From Candidatus Poribacteria bacterium (GTDB lineage Bacteria; Poribacteria; WGA-4E; JAJDTR01): a DNA stretch of 64,000 nucleotides. The notes beneath the pieces are model-generated. The model ran no database searches and had not been told where the DNA came from. It saw only the letters and a list, made by a program, of their open reading frames with translations. Within the stretch, counting starts at the first letter, position 1. Every line of letters begins with the position of its first letter. Both the position numbers and the translations under genes were made by a program. Shown here one piece after another: positions 49,950 to 60,461 of this stretch. The stretch lies in assembly GCA_965222225.1 (NCBI GenBank), contig CBDCTK010000002.1:448001-512000 (forward strand). The letters are read 5' to 3'.

Positions 49950-50044
49950 AAGGAATCTCTATGGGAGCTCTATCGTCCTCGATATCCGTTCGGTTGATCA
50001 TTCGCTATTCGCTCATTTCATCTATCCGCTCGGTCAATCCTACA
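49950..50044 (+). repeat. micro-repeat array adjoining a CCTAC end
   Basis: ggaatctctat + gggagctctatcgtcctcgatatccgttcggttgatc. Confidence 0.78.
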
Positions 50045-50186
50045 ATCAGGTGTGATTGTCTTGGAATTGTTGTCAGATCCGTTTGCATCATCTCGTGATT
50101 CGTGATAAGATACTCATTTTACAAGATTGAAAAGTGGTCTAGGATAATGAACTCATACTAAGAGCAATTTAATAGAGGGTAATGCT

Positions 50187-50600
50187 ATGCAGCGCAATCA
50201 GAAGTCTGTAATACGTCATAAGACGCCCCAGAATCTTATACCCTGGATTGTTATCGGGGTAGTCGTCATTTTCATAGTTGGAGTAATCATTATTCAATCA
50301 TTTCGACCGAAAACCGTCCCTCAACCCACTGCGCCGATGCGCTACCCTCGGGTTCACTTAATCATAAAATCTAATGTCGGCGGGGCAGAGGTGTATCTCA
50401 ACGGGCAACAGAAGACAGTGGTTTCTGATAGCCGGCACGAAGCAAAGCTTCTCAACCTTGGGCGGAAAACACATGAAATCCTGTTGAAAAAGCAGGGATA
50501 TGCGGATTGGACGGAAATGGTAGAAATCACGGGGAATACTCCCTCGCAAACTGTTCAGATCAATATGCGACCCCGCGGGATGCCCGCGTCTACGGAGTGA
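50187..50600 (+). CDS. membrane-anchored PEGA domain protein
   Basis: TM then IKSNVGGAEVYLNG...KKQGY. Confidence 0.8.
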   Translation: MQRNQKSVIRHKTPQNLIPWIVIGVVVIFIVGVIIIQSFRPKTVPQPTAPMRYPRVHLIIKSNVGGAEVYLNGQQKTVVSDSRHEAKLLNLGRKTHEILLKKQGYADWTEMVEITGNTPSQTVQINMRPRGMPASTE

Positions 50601-50673
50601 TGTGCAGTCTTGCACCATCGTCATGTTCGCATGGGTATATTTTCGTTTCGGTATGAATTAGTTTCCATAACCT

Positions 50674-51603
50674 ATGTTTGAAGAGATCCTCGCAGCAACT
50701 ATAAGGCAAGCAACCCCATTGCTTTTGGCTGCATTGGGTGAGGTCGTTGTACAGCGATCCGGAGTCATCAATATCGGTATAGAAGGTATGATGCTCATGG
50801 GCGCCTTCTTTGGCATGCTAGGTTCCTTTTATACCGGCATTGCGGTTCCGAACTTAGCACCATGGATCGGGCTAGTTGCCGCCGGGTTGAGTGGCGGGAT
50901 TACGGCTTTCTTGTTTGCATTCCTTACCATCCGACTCTCCGCTGATCAGGTGGTGACAGGGACGGGGATTACGCTTTTAGCGCTGGGTCTGACTGAGGTC
51001 GTCTATCAGAAGCTTTTTAGCTACACCGGCTCCGCGCTCAAAGTTGCTGCGTTCGGAGAAGTCCAAATTCCCGTTTTGTCTGGTATTCCTTGGGTCGGCC
51101 CGGCGCTTTTTCAACACAACATCCTTGTTTTCCTGACCTTTCTATTCGTTCCTTGTGTCTATTTTTATCTGTTCCAAACTTCTCACGGCTTGACAATTCG
51201 AGCTTGTGGTGAAAACCCGAAAGCTGTTGATGCAGTCGGGGTGGATGTGAGAAGATTGCGCACACTGTGTGTGTTGTTCGGGGGACTGATTGCGGGATTC
51301 GCGGGTGGTTATCTGTCACTCGCCGATGTTCCCTATTTTACGCCAGGAATGACCGTAGGGCGGGGTTATATTGCTCTGGCAATCGTTATTTTTGGTAAAT
51401 GGCATCCCGTCAAGGCATGCGGCGCAGCACTACTCTTTGGTCTGGGAGAATCGCTGGGGGTACGTTTTCAAGCCATCGGATGGGATGTTCCGTACCAGTT
51501 CTTGCTCATGCTACCGTACGTGTTGACACTTTTAGTCCTCGCGGGCTTCGTTGGTCGATCCACACCACCGCAGGCACTGGGTGTCCCTTACAAGCGCGAG
51601 TAG
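50674..51603 (+). CDS. nucleoside/sugar ABC transporter permease
   Basis: ATPLLLAALG...RSGVINIGIEG, GRGYIALA, MLPYVLT. Confidence 0.93.
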   Translation: MFEEILAATIRQATPLLLAALGEVVVQRSGVINIGIEGMMLMGAFFGMLGSFYTGIAVPNLAPWIGLVAAGLSGGITAFLFAFLTIRLSADQVVTGTGITLLALGLTEVVYQKLFSYTGSALKVAAFGEVQIPVLSGIPWVGPALFQHNILVFLTFLFVPCVYFYLFQTSHGLTIRACGENPKAVDAVGVDVRRLRTLCVLFGGLIAGFAGGYLSLADVPYFTPGMTVGRGYIALAIVIFGKWHPVKACGAALLFGLGESLGVRFQAIGWDVPYQFLLMLPYVLTLLVLAGFVGRSTPPQALGVPYKRE

Positions 51604-51684
51604 ACATCGGAGCACGAGCCGTCACGTTTAATCTGACATAACGGTAAACAGAAACCTTTAAGAGATTGGGTTGGGTAATTCTTA

Positions 51685-52620
51685 ATGGAAACGTTAACAC
51701 ACTGGATTGCACAAATAACCAAACTGTCGCCGTGGGTACAGACGAATCTCTTTACGTCAATCATCATCATCCTGATTCTCTGGCTGCTGCAAACTCTTGT
51801 TATGTCTATCGTTGTGCGGAGAGTAGAAGACGTACGGCTCCGCTATCGATGGCGCAAAACCTCCAAGAGCGTTGCGGCTGCACTTGGGGTTGTGCTTGTC
51901 GGACGAGTATGGTTCGAAGGCATTCAGTCTCTAGCAACCTTTCTAGGTCTTGTCGCCGCCGGGTTAACGATTGTCTTGAAAGATGTAGTGACAGCTATTG
52001 CCGGTTGGTTCTTTATCATCTGGCGCCGACCGTTTAATGTGGGCGATCGTATCCAGATAGGGCAGCATGCGGGGGATGTGATTGACGTACGAATCTTTAA
52101 GTTTACCTTGATGGAAATCGGGAATTGGGTGGACGCGGACCAGAGCACTGGGCGCGTCCTTCACATACCTAACGGGCTAGTATTGAGTGAAATCGTGTCA
52201 AACTATAGCAGAGGATTTCAGTATATCTGGAATGAACTTCCGGTGCTAGTGACATTCGAGAGCAATTGGAAAAAGGCGAAGACAATTCTACAAGAGATTG
52301 TCACGAAACACGCCCAGCACTCAAGCGAAGTTGCGCAGAAACATATCCAAGAGGCGAGCCGTCGGTTTATGATATTCTATTCCGTGCTTACGCCAACAGT
52401 CTATACTAGCGTGGCGGAAAGTGGAGTTCTGCTCACAATCCGCTATTTGTGTGAACCGCGTACCAGGCGTGGTACGTCGGAGACGCTTTGGGAGGATGTC
52501 TTGCACCAATTTGCCGCCCACAAAGATATCGACTTTGCCTATCCGACGCGACGTTTCTATGACAATCTACGAGAAGGTGAACTCGGCACGAGACCATCGA
52601 CTGTTGCAGCAGATTCCTAG
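51685..52620 (+). CDS. MscS family mechanosensitive channel
   Basis: RPFNVGDRIQIG..GDVIDV, HIPNG, FAYPT. Confidence 0.92.
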   Translation: METLTHWIAQITKLSPWVQTNLFTSIIIILILWLLQTLVMSIVVRRVEDVRLRYRWRKTSKSVAAALGVVLVGRVWFEGIQSLATFLGLVAAGLTIVLKDVVTAIAGWFFIIWRRPFNVGDRIQIGQHAGDVIDVRIFKFTLMEIGNWVDADQSTGRVLHIPNGLVLSEIVSNYSRGFQYIWNELPVLVTFESNWKKAKTILQEIVTKHAQHSSEVAQKHIQEASRRFMIFYSVLTPTVYTSVAESGVLLTIRYLCEPRTRRGTSETLWEDVLHQFAAHKDIDFAYPTRRFYDNLREGELGTRPSTVAADS

Positions 52621-52779
52621 AGTGGAGATAGTTGAATCTCCGCGTTTACGTGCATTTGATTGAGCCACTCCTTAGGGCAATGAACTGTATGTCGTAATGC
52701 GCTACAATCCTTTCACGTTCCGGTTGTTCTGTTGTTTTCAGTGACGAACACTTCCCGGCTTGGAGGTGTCCATTCAATT

Positions 52780-53916
52780 ATGATCTCGCTCCAACATATT
52801 CTTAAGAAGTTGCGTCGGTTGCTGCCTTGGAGTAGTGGCACCTCCTTGCTCGTTTCCGAAATAATGTTGCTTGCATTTCTTTTGTATGTGTTCGCGTTCC
52901 ACACGTTTGAACAGCGAGCAAAATCGGATTTAGCGCTCTTTGATTCGGTATGGGTGGCATTCATCACGATGACAACAATCGGCTATGGGGATATTTCCGC
53001 TGTAACCGTTGCCGGACGAATTTCCACAATCATATTTAGCATCATAACTCTGGGGTGCTTCTCAACAGTTGCCAGCCAACTAATCACAAAGCTATCCGAC
53101 ATTCATGAAAGGCGGGTGAGGGGATTGGTTCGTTTACGTCTGAAGGGACACATTTTGATTGTAGATTGGAGCAAAAATCCGGACAAGATTACAACGGTCA
53201 TTGAAAATCTGCGCACCGATATGGACACTAGCGAATCTCCAATCGCGATTGTCTCCGAGGCGTTTGAAGAATTGCCTGCCCGGATTACAGACAATTTCCA
53301 TGACATTTATTTCGCCCACGGTTCGCCGACCAACGCGAATACGTACCTCCAAGCCAACGTGGCAGAGGCGCGCACGGCAATCGTCTTTGCCAGCGGGGAA
53401 GATTCCAGTGCGGATGTGCTTACGGCAGCTGCCGTTGGAATCATTGATGATCTGCATCCACGCCTTGAGATAGTCGGCGAATGTTTGGATAAGCAGAATG
53501 AAGGGCTATTTCGGCGAAATGGATGCGAGCGTATCGTGTTTACAGGGGAGATTGTGCCGCTCATTTTGGCGAAAACGGCTATCGATCGGGGCGTTGGACC
53601 GTCGGTGTTTGAAACGCTTGATACCAGGACCGAGTCGACACTCTACAGCATCCAAGATGCGCAACTGGATGGGTACACTTTCACTCAAATTTCCAAATGC
53701 CTGGTGGAATTGGAGGAACGGGTGCTGCCACAGGGAGTCATCCGTGGGAGAAGAATCATCATGGCGCCCGATAAAGATTTCATGGTAGAGGATGGCGATG
53801 GACTTATTCTGCTCGGTGACCGCAAGCACCCGTGGAACGCTTCCGGCAAGAGCGGGTTGAGACAGAGGCTACTCAACCAGCTTGCGCTTGAGATTGAGAA
53901 GGGGGAAAACGGATGA
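52780..53916 (+). CDS. 2-TM potassium channel with RCK/TrkA domain
   Basis: TMTTIGYGD selectivity filter; GSPT..TYLQANV..A RCK motif. Confidence 0.92.
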   Translation: MISLQHILKKLRRLLPWSSGTSLLVSEIMLLAFLLYVFAFHTFEQRAKSDLALFDSVWVAFITMTTIGYGDISAVTVAGRISTIIFSIITLGCFSTVASQLITKLSDIHERRVRGLVRLRLKGHILIVDWSKNPDKITTVIENLRTDMDTSESPIAIVSEAFEELPARITDNFHDIYFAHGSPTNANTYLQANVAEARTAIVFASGEDSSADVLTAAAVGIIDDLHPRLEIVGECLDKQNEGLFRRNGCERIVFTGEIVPLILAKTAIDRGVGPSVFETLDTRTESTLYSIQDAQLDGYTFTQISKCLVELEERVLPQGVIRGRRIIMAPDKDFMVEDGDGLILLGDRKHPWNASGKSGLRQRLLNQLALEIEKGENG

Positions 53917-55292
53917 ACATTCGAGGCTGGATTCTCATTGTCGTAATTCTACTGTGCATAATCTTTGCCGGGGTCAGTTATAATCGACTTGCCTCGCGAC
54001 TTCCGCATACTATCACAATCGCTTCAGGCTCGGAAGCGGGTGCCTATCATAACTTGGCGTTGCAACTCAAGGAGCTGCTTCGACTTGAATATCCGCGGAT
54101 TACGGTCGAGATTCAGACAACAGACGGTTCTGCGGACAACCTAAACCGAATCATGGAAGGCAAAGTCCAATTTGCGTTTTATCAGAACAATAGAAGGTCG
54201 CAATTCGGGCAAGCAGGCAGCAAAAAGCCGGGAATAAATGCCCAAGCTATCCGTGAGGTGAGAACTGCCGCCAATCTGTACGTTGAAGTGTTGCACGTCG
54301 TCGTGCGCAAAGGCATTGGTGTAGACGGAATTCAGGGATTACGCGGTGTCAATGTCTCCGTAGGTGCCAAAGAGAGTGGAACGATTCGGGTGGCACAACA
54401 AGTGCTTCGGCACTACAACATGGGTGTGAACGACAAACAGATGCACACGCTCAACTTCGCCGACACGCTAAAGGCATTTGACAATGGAGAAATTGATGCT
54501 GCGTTTGTTGTGACAGGAGGACTTTCGCCGATGTTGAGACATTTGCTGGGGACAGGAAAATACGATCTCCTACCCATTCAAGAGGTGGACGCGCTTGTCT
54601 TCAAAAATGCCGCATTCTTTCCGTTCCAACTGCCACGGAGCGCGTATTCCGGGGAGCATGGCGTACCATCGCAAGATACGGCATGCTTAGCTGTCAAGGC
54701 AAGCCTTATCACACATCAGGATGTTCCCGCATTCCTCGTGCGTACGATGACGCAAATGGCGCTCTCAACTTCCTTCCGTAATCAGTTACGGGAGTTATCC
54801 GAAGAATTCGCGAAAGAGGAACAGGATTTTCCCATTCACCGCGGCGCCATGGATTTTTATCATCGCGGTGAACCAACGTTTTCGTCAAGCGTTGCGGAAG
54901 CATTCAACGATACGCTTCCATATCTATTGGTATTAGCAATCTTGGTCATTGTAGTCGGTGCAACGCTCCGCCAGAACCGCATCGAAAAGCGGCGTCAATT
55001 GAGCGCGAGATTGCACGAGTTCATGACGCGGATTGGCGACATTGAATCAGATCAGCGTGGTGAAACCAGCCCGCAGCAACTCTATCGTTTGTTGGATGTG
55101 CTGTCTCGTATCAAGAAGCGTGCGGTGGACGATCGTGTTGAGGGACGGCTGCTAGCGGGAGATGATTATGTCGCTTTCATGGTGCAATTGGATGGATTAA
55201 TCAACACGATTCACGCCAAGTTGGATTCGCTGGCAGCAAGTGATACGGGGGCAATGGGGACATTTCGCGTCGAACCGTCAGAAGAGAGCTGA
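53913..55292 (+). CDS. TAXI family solute-binding protein with C-terminal TM and cytoplasmic helical domain
   Basis: ASGSEAGAYH, TDGSADNL, LYVEVLH, SGT, PIHRGAMDFY. Confidence 0.9.
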   Translation: MNIRGWILIVVILLCIIFAGVSYNRLASRLPHTITIASGSEAGAYHNLALQLKELLRLEYPRITVEIQTTDGSADNLNRIMEGKVQFAFYQNNRRSQFGQAGSKKPGINAQAIREVRTAANLYVEVLHVVVRKGIGVDGIQGLRGVNVSVGAKESGTIRVAQQVLRHYNMGVNDKQMHTLNFADTLKAFDNGEIDAAFVVTGGLSPMLRHLLGTGKYDLLPIQEVDALVFKNAAFFPFQLPRSAYSGEHGVPSQDTACLAVKASLITHQDVPAFLVRTMTQMALSTSFRNQLRELSEEFAKEEQDFPIHRGAMDFYHRGEPTFSSSVAEAFNDTLPYLLVLAILVIVVGATLRQNRIEKRRQLSARLHEFMTRIGDIESDQRGETSPQQLYRLLDVLSRIKKRAVDDRVEGRLLAGDDYVAFMVQLDGLINTIHAKLDSLAASDTGAMGTFRVEPSEES

Positions 55293-55572
55293 AATCTCAA
55301 TCCTATCCAATGGTTACAGCGAATTGGAATACAAGCGGTTTTACGAGAGGGATAGTACCCGATAGCCGAATCCCATATAGGTCAATATGAAATCGTGCAA
55401 TTCTGGTAGCCACCAAGTAGTCATCTCGCCCACTTAGGCGAAACGGCATGTGTGTTCCTCTTTAAGCGGTGTTGATTGGTGCTACACATTGTGGAATGTC
55501 GTTCTTTCAAAAAATCCTGATGCCAGATCATTGAGCTGGACACACTCCTCTCACAAACTCCTAACGGGGCTT

Positions 55573-56001
55573 CTACTGAATTCCCAATAATTCAATCTCA
55601 AATATTAACGTTGAATTCGGCTCAATTGCCTGCCCCGCGCCACGCTCCCCGTATGCGAGATTCGATGGAATAAACAATTTCCATTTCGAGCCAACTCGCA
55701 TCAACGATAGGGCTTCTGTCCACCCTGCAATTACACGGTTCACAGGGAAACTTGCCGGCTCGCCACGGCGATGGGAACTATCAAACTCCACCCCGTTGAT
55801 TAGGGTTCCGCGATAATGGGTGACCACGGTATCCGTTGCGGCTGGAATATCGCCGCTGCCGTCGTGAATCACTTCATACTGCAAGCCACTCGGCAGTGTA
55901 ATCACGCTCTCCCTTTTCCCATTCTCGGCGAGGAACCCCTCGCCCTGTGATAGATTTTCCTCCGCGGATTGCATTTTGTCCTTATGACCGAAGAATTTCA
56001 T
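55573..56001 (-). CDS. FKBP-type peptidyl-prolyl isomerase
   Basis: [32 protein letters not shown]. Confidence 0.95.
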   Translation of the reverse strand: MKFFGHKDKMQSAEENLSQGEGFLAENGKRESVITLPSGLQYEVIHDGSGDIPAATDTVVTHYRGTLINGVEFDSSHRRGEPASFPVNRVIAGWTEALSLMRVGSKWKLFIPSNLAYGERGAGQAIEPNSTLIFEIELLGIQ

Positions 56002-56004
56002 AGA

Positions 56005-56997
56005 TTAACCCCTTCCCAAGAAACTTTTTACGCGTGGATGATCCAGCACGTCGGGGTTTAGGATATGAGCCGGTTCACGTCCGTTAATAGCGTCAATGGC
56101 TTGGCCAATTGTGCGGAGATCGAGACGAATCGAAGACTCAACGGTTATCCCGGCGCAGTGGTTCGTCGCGATGATACGGGGGTGGCCTTTGTGGATCGAT
56201 CGCGGACCATTCACGGGGTCATCGATTACATAGTAGTAGAGCCGTTCTTCTCGAATTGCGCGGTTTACCGCCTCGTCATCAACCAAATTTCCGCGTGACG
56301 GGTTAATCAGGGAAGCATGTGGCTTCATAGCACACAGGCATTCGTAGGTGACAATAGTGTCGGCTCCGGCAACGTGAAGTGAGATGGTGTCGCTTTCCTC
56401 AAAGAGTGCCATTGGTTTATCCACGGCTTCAGCACCGAATTTCGCCGCTAATTCCTTGATGTCAGGTCTGATATCGTAGACGAGCAGACGACCATCTTCA
56501 CCGAGAAGCGGCTTGGCGCGAATGGCAACTTCCTGTCCAATTCGTCCCAGTCCGTAAATTCCGAGTGTAGATCCTTTCACATCGAAGTTGCGCATGAGAG
56601 AAGCGTCCCCTCCATGCGCACGCTCGTTCATGGTATAGAGCCGTTTATGCGTCGCAAACCATTGGGCAATCGCGTACTCGGCGACCGTGTCTAGGTGTTC
56701 CGGCGCGATCGTAATGATTACACCGTATTGTGTCGCGAGATCTACGTTAACCGTTTCAAAGCCCACACCCCATCGAGCGATAATTCTAAGGTCTTTTGCC
56801 GCCTTGTAGAAACTCTCGTGGACCTGGGGACCGCCCGCAACAACCGCAATCACATCTTCTGCGTGCTCGTCCGTTAATTCAATAGGATGGCGGGAGAGCG
56901 TTCCGAATTTTGCCAATTCCGCTAGCGCGTTTCGGCGCGGCTCCGAATCAAAATCGGGGTTATCAAAGAGAGGGGTTACCAGAATCTTTTTTGACAT
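56005..56997 (-). CDS. D-2-hydroxyacid dehydrogenase family protein
   Basis: RWGVG, GIYGLGRIG, INPSRG. Confidence 0.9.
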   Translation of the reverse strand: MSKKILVTPLFDNPDFDSEPRRNALAELAKFGTLSRHPIELTDEHAEDVIAVVAGGPQVHESFYKAAKDLRIIARWGVGFETVNVDLATQYGVIITIAPEHLDTVAEYAIAQWFATHKRLYTMNERAHGGDASLMRNFDVKGSTLGIYGLGRIGQEVAIRAKPLLGEDGRLLVYDIRPDIKELAAKFGAEAVDKPMALFEESDTISLHVAGADTIVTYECLCAMKPHASLINPSRGNLVDDEAVNRAIREERLYYYVIDDPVNGPRSIHKGHPRIIATNHCAGITVESSIRLDLRTIGQAIDAINGREPAHILNPDVLDHPRVKSFLGRG

Positions 56998-57134
56998 TAA
57001 TGCACTCCTTCTTTATTTGACTTGTGTTCTCATCGCTGAGCTGATGTTCTGTTTTCCCACTTCTGGTGGAGCCATGCATGGGTCTACGAGACCTCAACAA
57101 CGAATATTGCCAATGTCCCAAGCCCTAGTAGGTC

Positions 57135-57977
57135 CTACCGCAATCGGATTAACCCTATTTCAAAGAGTTTAGGCCAGAGTTTCCCTGTGACAAACAGCCG
57201 GTTGTTTTCAGAGTCGTAGGCGATACCATTCAGAACGTCAACCGGCGTCCGACGATCTTCTATACTAAGAAGGCCTGTCAGGTCAATCCATCCAATCACT
57301 TTGCCTATCTTCGGATTTATCTTCGCGATGCGGCTGGTTTGAAAAACGTTCGCGTAGATTTTGCCTTCTATATATTCTAACTCATTGAGTCTATCGATGG
57401 AACCATTGTCGTCGTGAACCTCTATCCGGTGCTGTTCTTCAAAGGTTTCCGGGTGCAGGAAGTATAGATTCGCGGTGCCATCACTCATGATTAGGTGTTT
57501 ACCATCGCATGTAACACCCCATCCCTCGGTTGGATAGTTGAATTCTCGCAGGAGTTCAAAACTATCTTTATCGTAGACGAAGCCGACGTTGGATCGCCAC
57601 GTCAATTGAATTATCTTGTTATCGTAAATCGCGACTCCCTCCCCAAAAAGATGGGGAGAGAGTTCATGGTACTGCAAAATTTCCCCGGATTTGATTGCGA
57701 CTCGACGTAGAGACGAGCGTCGATAAAGCCCTGTTCCCTCAATAAAAACGCCATCTTCAAAGACTAGCCCTTGAGTAAATGCGTTTCTATCATGAGGGTA
57801 AATGTTTATCACCTTGTAAGTGTAGGCGGGAATCGGTGAGGTCTTCCCCAGCTCCTCTTCTTGGCGTTGAGATGGCGTGCGATTGCTCGAACCAAGATAC
57901 TCCGGGAAGACCATGACGACTAGGACACCCATCGTCAACACACTTCCCAATCCAAAGCGCATACGAACATGTTTCAT
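57135..57977 (-). CDS. glutaminyl-peptide cyclotransferase
   Basis: AFTQGL, FGEG, QLTW, EGWG, LNELE, VLNGIAY, TGKLW. Confidence 0.95.
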   Translation of the reverse strand: MKHVRMRFGLGSVLTMGVLVVMVFPEYLGSSNRTPSQRQEEELGKTSPIPAYTYKVINIYPHDRNAFTQGLVFEDGVFIEGTGLYRRSSLRRVAIKSGEILQYHELSPHLFGEGVAIYDNKIIQLTWRSNVGFVYDKDSFELLREFNYPTEGWGVTCDGKHLIMSDGTANLYFLHPETFEEQHRIEVHDDNGSIDRLNELEYIEGKIYANVFQTSRIAKINPKIGKVIGWIDLTGLLSIEDRRTPVDVLNGIAYDSENNRLFVTGKLWPKLFEIGLIRLR

Positions 57978-58172
57978 CAGTTGTAATTTGAGCTACTATA
58001 TGTGGTCAGGGAGAAGGCTTGCTGTAACAGAATCTTATCAGTTACGATCGCCGGATTCGAGCTATCATTGTTAGGGACGTTAATCTTCGGACTAAATTGG
58101 GTTTGTATCGCTGTCCGCTAACCAATGCAACTCGTAGCATCTTCTCATGCAATTCCGTGATGCAAGTTGATG

Positions 58173-58484
58173 TTAGTTTTCAGTGTCCTGAACTTCTTGG
58201 TTAATGATTTCATCTTCCGCCGAACTCCCTATTTCCTTTCGCTGACGATACTCACGCTGTAAGCTCTCAATGCATCCACCGCAAAAACAGTAAACCCTTC
58301 CATAGTCTCCAACTTCTTTTTCGATTAGGTCACTCATCTCGAATTCCTCGTGACATAGCGCGCAGAATTCAAGAAGGGTTGGCGGTTCGGAATCTTCTTT
58401 CGCTCTCCGTTTTGAAATGGTTCTCAATATCAACCATGTTATGAGAGGAACGAAGAATATTGCGATATAAAAGAACATGGTCAA
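58173..58484 (-). CDS. membrane-anchored Zn-finger-like hypothetical protein
   Basis: N-terminal TM, CALC...CGGC. Confidence 0.7.
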   Translation of the reverse strand: MTMFFYIAIFFVPLITWLILRTISKRRAKEDSEPPTLLEFCALCHEEFEMSDLIEKEVGDYGRVYCFCGGCIESLQREYRQRKEIGSSAEDEIINQEVQDTEN

Positions 58485-58617
58485 TCATCTCACAATGCAG
58501 AGATTATCTTTAAATTGTAGTCGAGAATTACGACTACATACTCAAGTTGTGAGTTTCGGGCAGTCAGGTTCTCGTACAAGTAGACAAAATCTTTTCGGTC
58601 GTGTTAGGTCGGATTTT

Positions 58618-59460
58618 TCACGCCGTGGGATCGTGGTCGACAAAGCGACTCTTGGCGAACGGCACATGGGTCGAACCGCGCGCAAGGATGTGGTTCTGAT
58701 TACCGTCACCCCATTCAGTGTAAGAGCGCGCATTCGCATAGTGACAGACATACGCTCGTCTATATCGATCTTTGGAGTGGTTTTGCTTCGATCGGTGAAT
58801 AAGATGACCGTGAAAGAAGATGACATCCCCCGCCTTTGCAATGGCGGGAATCTCACTATCCTCATCCACGTCGACAATCTCTGTCAGCCCTATATGAAAG
58901 TCACCCGTATCGTCCGGGTGTGCAATATCCTGATAAATCGGATCGAAGTTAGAGCCGGGGATGAAGTACATACAACCGTTCTCCTCATCGCAGTCATCTA
59001 TCGCAATCCAAGCGCCGCACAGTGTGTCCGGAGCCGTTTTTATATAGAAGGAGTCCTGATGATATGCTTGGCCTCGTTGCCGAGGCGGCTTAAGAAAAAG
59101 CATCGATTGCATCGCCATCACGTCGGGCCCAATGAGCACCTCAAGCACATCAAGAATTCGTGCGTGTAACATGTACTTTTCGTGAAGTGGAAGATGGCGG
59201 TGGAACTGGATGAAACGAAAGAACATATCCTCCATGTCCCCGGGAGAATTACCTTCACTGCGGGGGGTGACGCCTTCTAGCTGGCTAAAGTCTACCTTTC
59301 CCATGGCGAGATTCATTGTGTGTTCGCCCAGTTCCTCAAGTTCCTCGGGCATAACAAGGCCCTCAACTTTCAAATAACCGTTTCGCCCAAAGAAACGTCG
59401 CTGATTGACGGATATTTGATATTTTTCTCTTTGACTGTCTTCCATGAGTTGCATTTTCAT
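58618..59460 (-). CDS. phytanoyl-CoA dioxygenase (PhyH) family protein
   Basis: YHQD, AWIAID, HRS..N. Confidence 0.93.
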   Translation of the reverse strand: MKMQLMEDSQREKYQISVNQRRFFGRNGYLKVEGLVMPEELEELGEHTMNLAMGKVDFSQLEGVTPRSEGNSPGDMEDMFFRFIQFHRHLPLHEKYMLHARILDVLEVLIGPDVMAMQSMLFLKPPRQRGQAYHQDSFYIKTAPDTLCGAWIAIDDCDEENGCMYFIPGSNFDPIYQDIAHPDDTGDFHIGLTEIVDVDEDSEIPAIAKAGDVIFFHGHLIHRSKQNHSKDRYRRAYVCHYANARSYTEWGDGNQNHILARGSTHVPFAKSRFVDHDPTA

Positions 59461-59813
59461 TTAACCTCTACATTAGCTGTGGTTACTATGGAAATTGCAA
59501 GCAAGATCATACATTTAAGTCTTACTCGGTTCAACACCTATGGTTCGCCGTAAGATAGCTTATTGCCTCAATCTATGCTATAATCCCTGTTGGAGTAATC
59601 TCCCGGTTGCGGCGTTCTCGCAAATGTCAATTTGGGATGCTTGACTCGTTACTCCAACGCGGGAAACCATCGTAGGTATTCCGTGATGTTTGACTTTGAA
59701 TCCTCCATTCTGTGAGTGTATCATATTAGGAATATTTACACAATACTCTAATGGATTTTCACCTTTCGACGGATTTGATCGGTGTTAAATCGGTGTTAAA
59801 GAGGAAGTGGAAA

Positions 59814-60461
59814 ATGTGGTTCTGTAGGCTAGTTACGCTTTGTTTCCTGATTGCGGCAGGGTGCGGGGACAGCGGATCGTACGACACAGAACGCGTATCT
59901 ACAGATTTTAGCGACTCAACCTCCGATACCGGCGCCAGAATCACGGGGCGAGTGCTACCCCCAAAGGTTCAACCATTAGTGATTGTATTTCGAAACGGAA
60001 ACGATTATACGACGACGACCGCTGACGAGACGGGACAATATGAAATAGCTGACTTGCTTAGAGGAGAATACAGCCTGCAAGTTGTTGCGACGGGGTTTTT
60101 TACGGACATATCGGTTCGTAACCTCAAGGTTGAACCGGGACAATCTGTCAAGGCAGACTTGATTATCCTGCGGGAACGATTAGAAGCAGCCACCTTGGTC
60201 GGACAGATTCTTGACAACTCGAACAAACTCCCGCTTGAAAATGCGGAGATACAGGTCGAGTGCTCGACGGGAGTTTGTGCGTCACTCAGTGCCGCGTCGG
60301 ATGAAAGTGGGAATTTCTCCATTGACCTTTGGTCCGGTTTGGGATCGAACATCAATGTACGTAAACCCGGTTACATACCGTTCCCGCGCCGAGTGGAGGC
60401 ACTGGAGCCCGGACAAAGGTTTTCTCTAGGGCAGGTGATGTTGGAGCCTATTGCGCCGTGA
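59814..60461 (+). CDS. lipoprotein with two carboxypeptidase-regulatory-like domains
   Basis: AAGC lipobox; ITGRV...TADETGQY...G.YSL. Confidence 0.8.
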   Translation: MWFCRLVTLCFLIAAGCGDSGSYDTERVSTDFSDSTSDTGARITGRVLPPKVQPLVIVFRNGNDYTTTTADETGQYEIADLLRGEYSLQVVATGFFTDISVRNLKVEPGQSVKADLIILRERLEAATLVGQILDNSNKLPLENAEIQVECSTGVCASLSAASDESGNFSIDLWSGLGSNINVRKPGYIPFPRRVEALEPGQRFSLGQVMLEPIAP

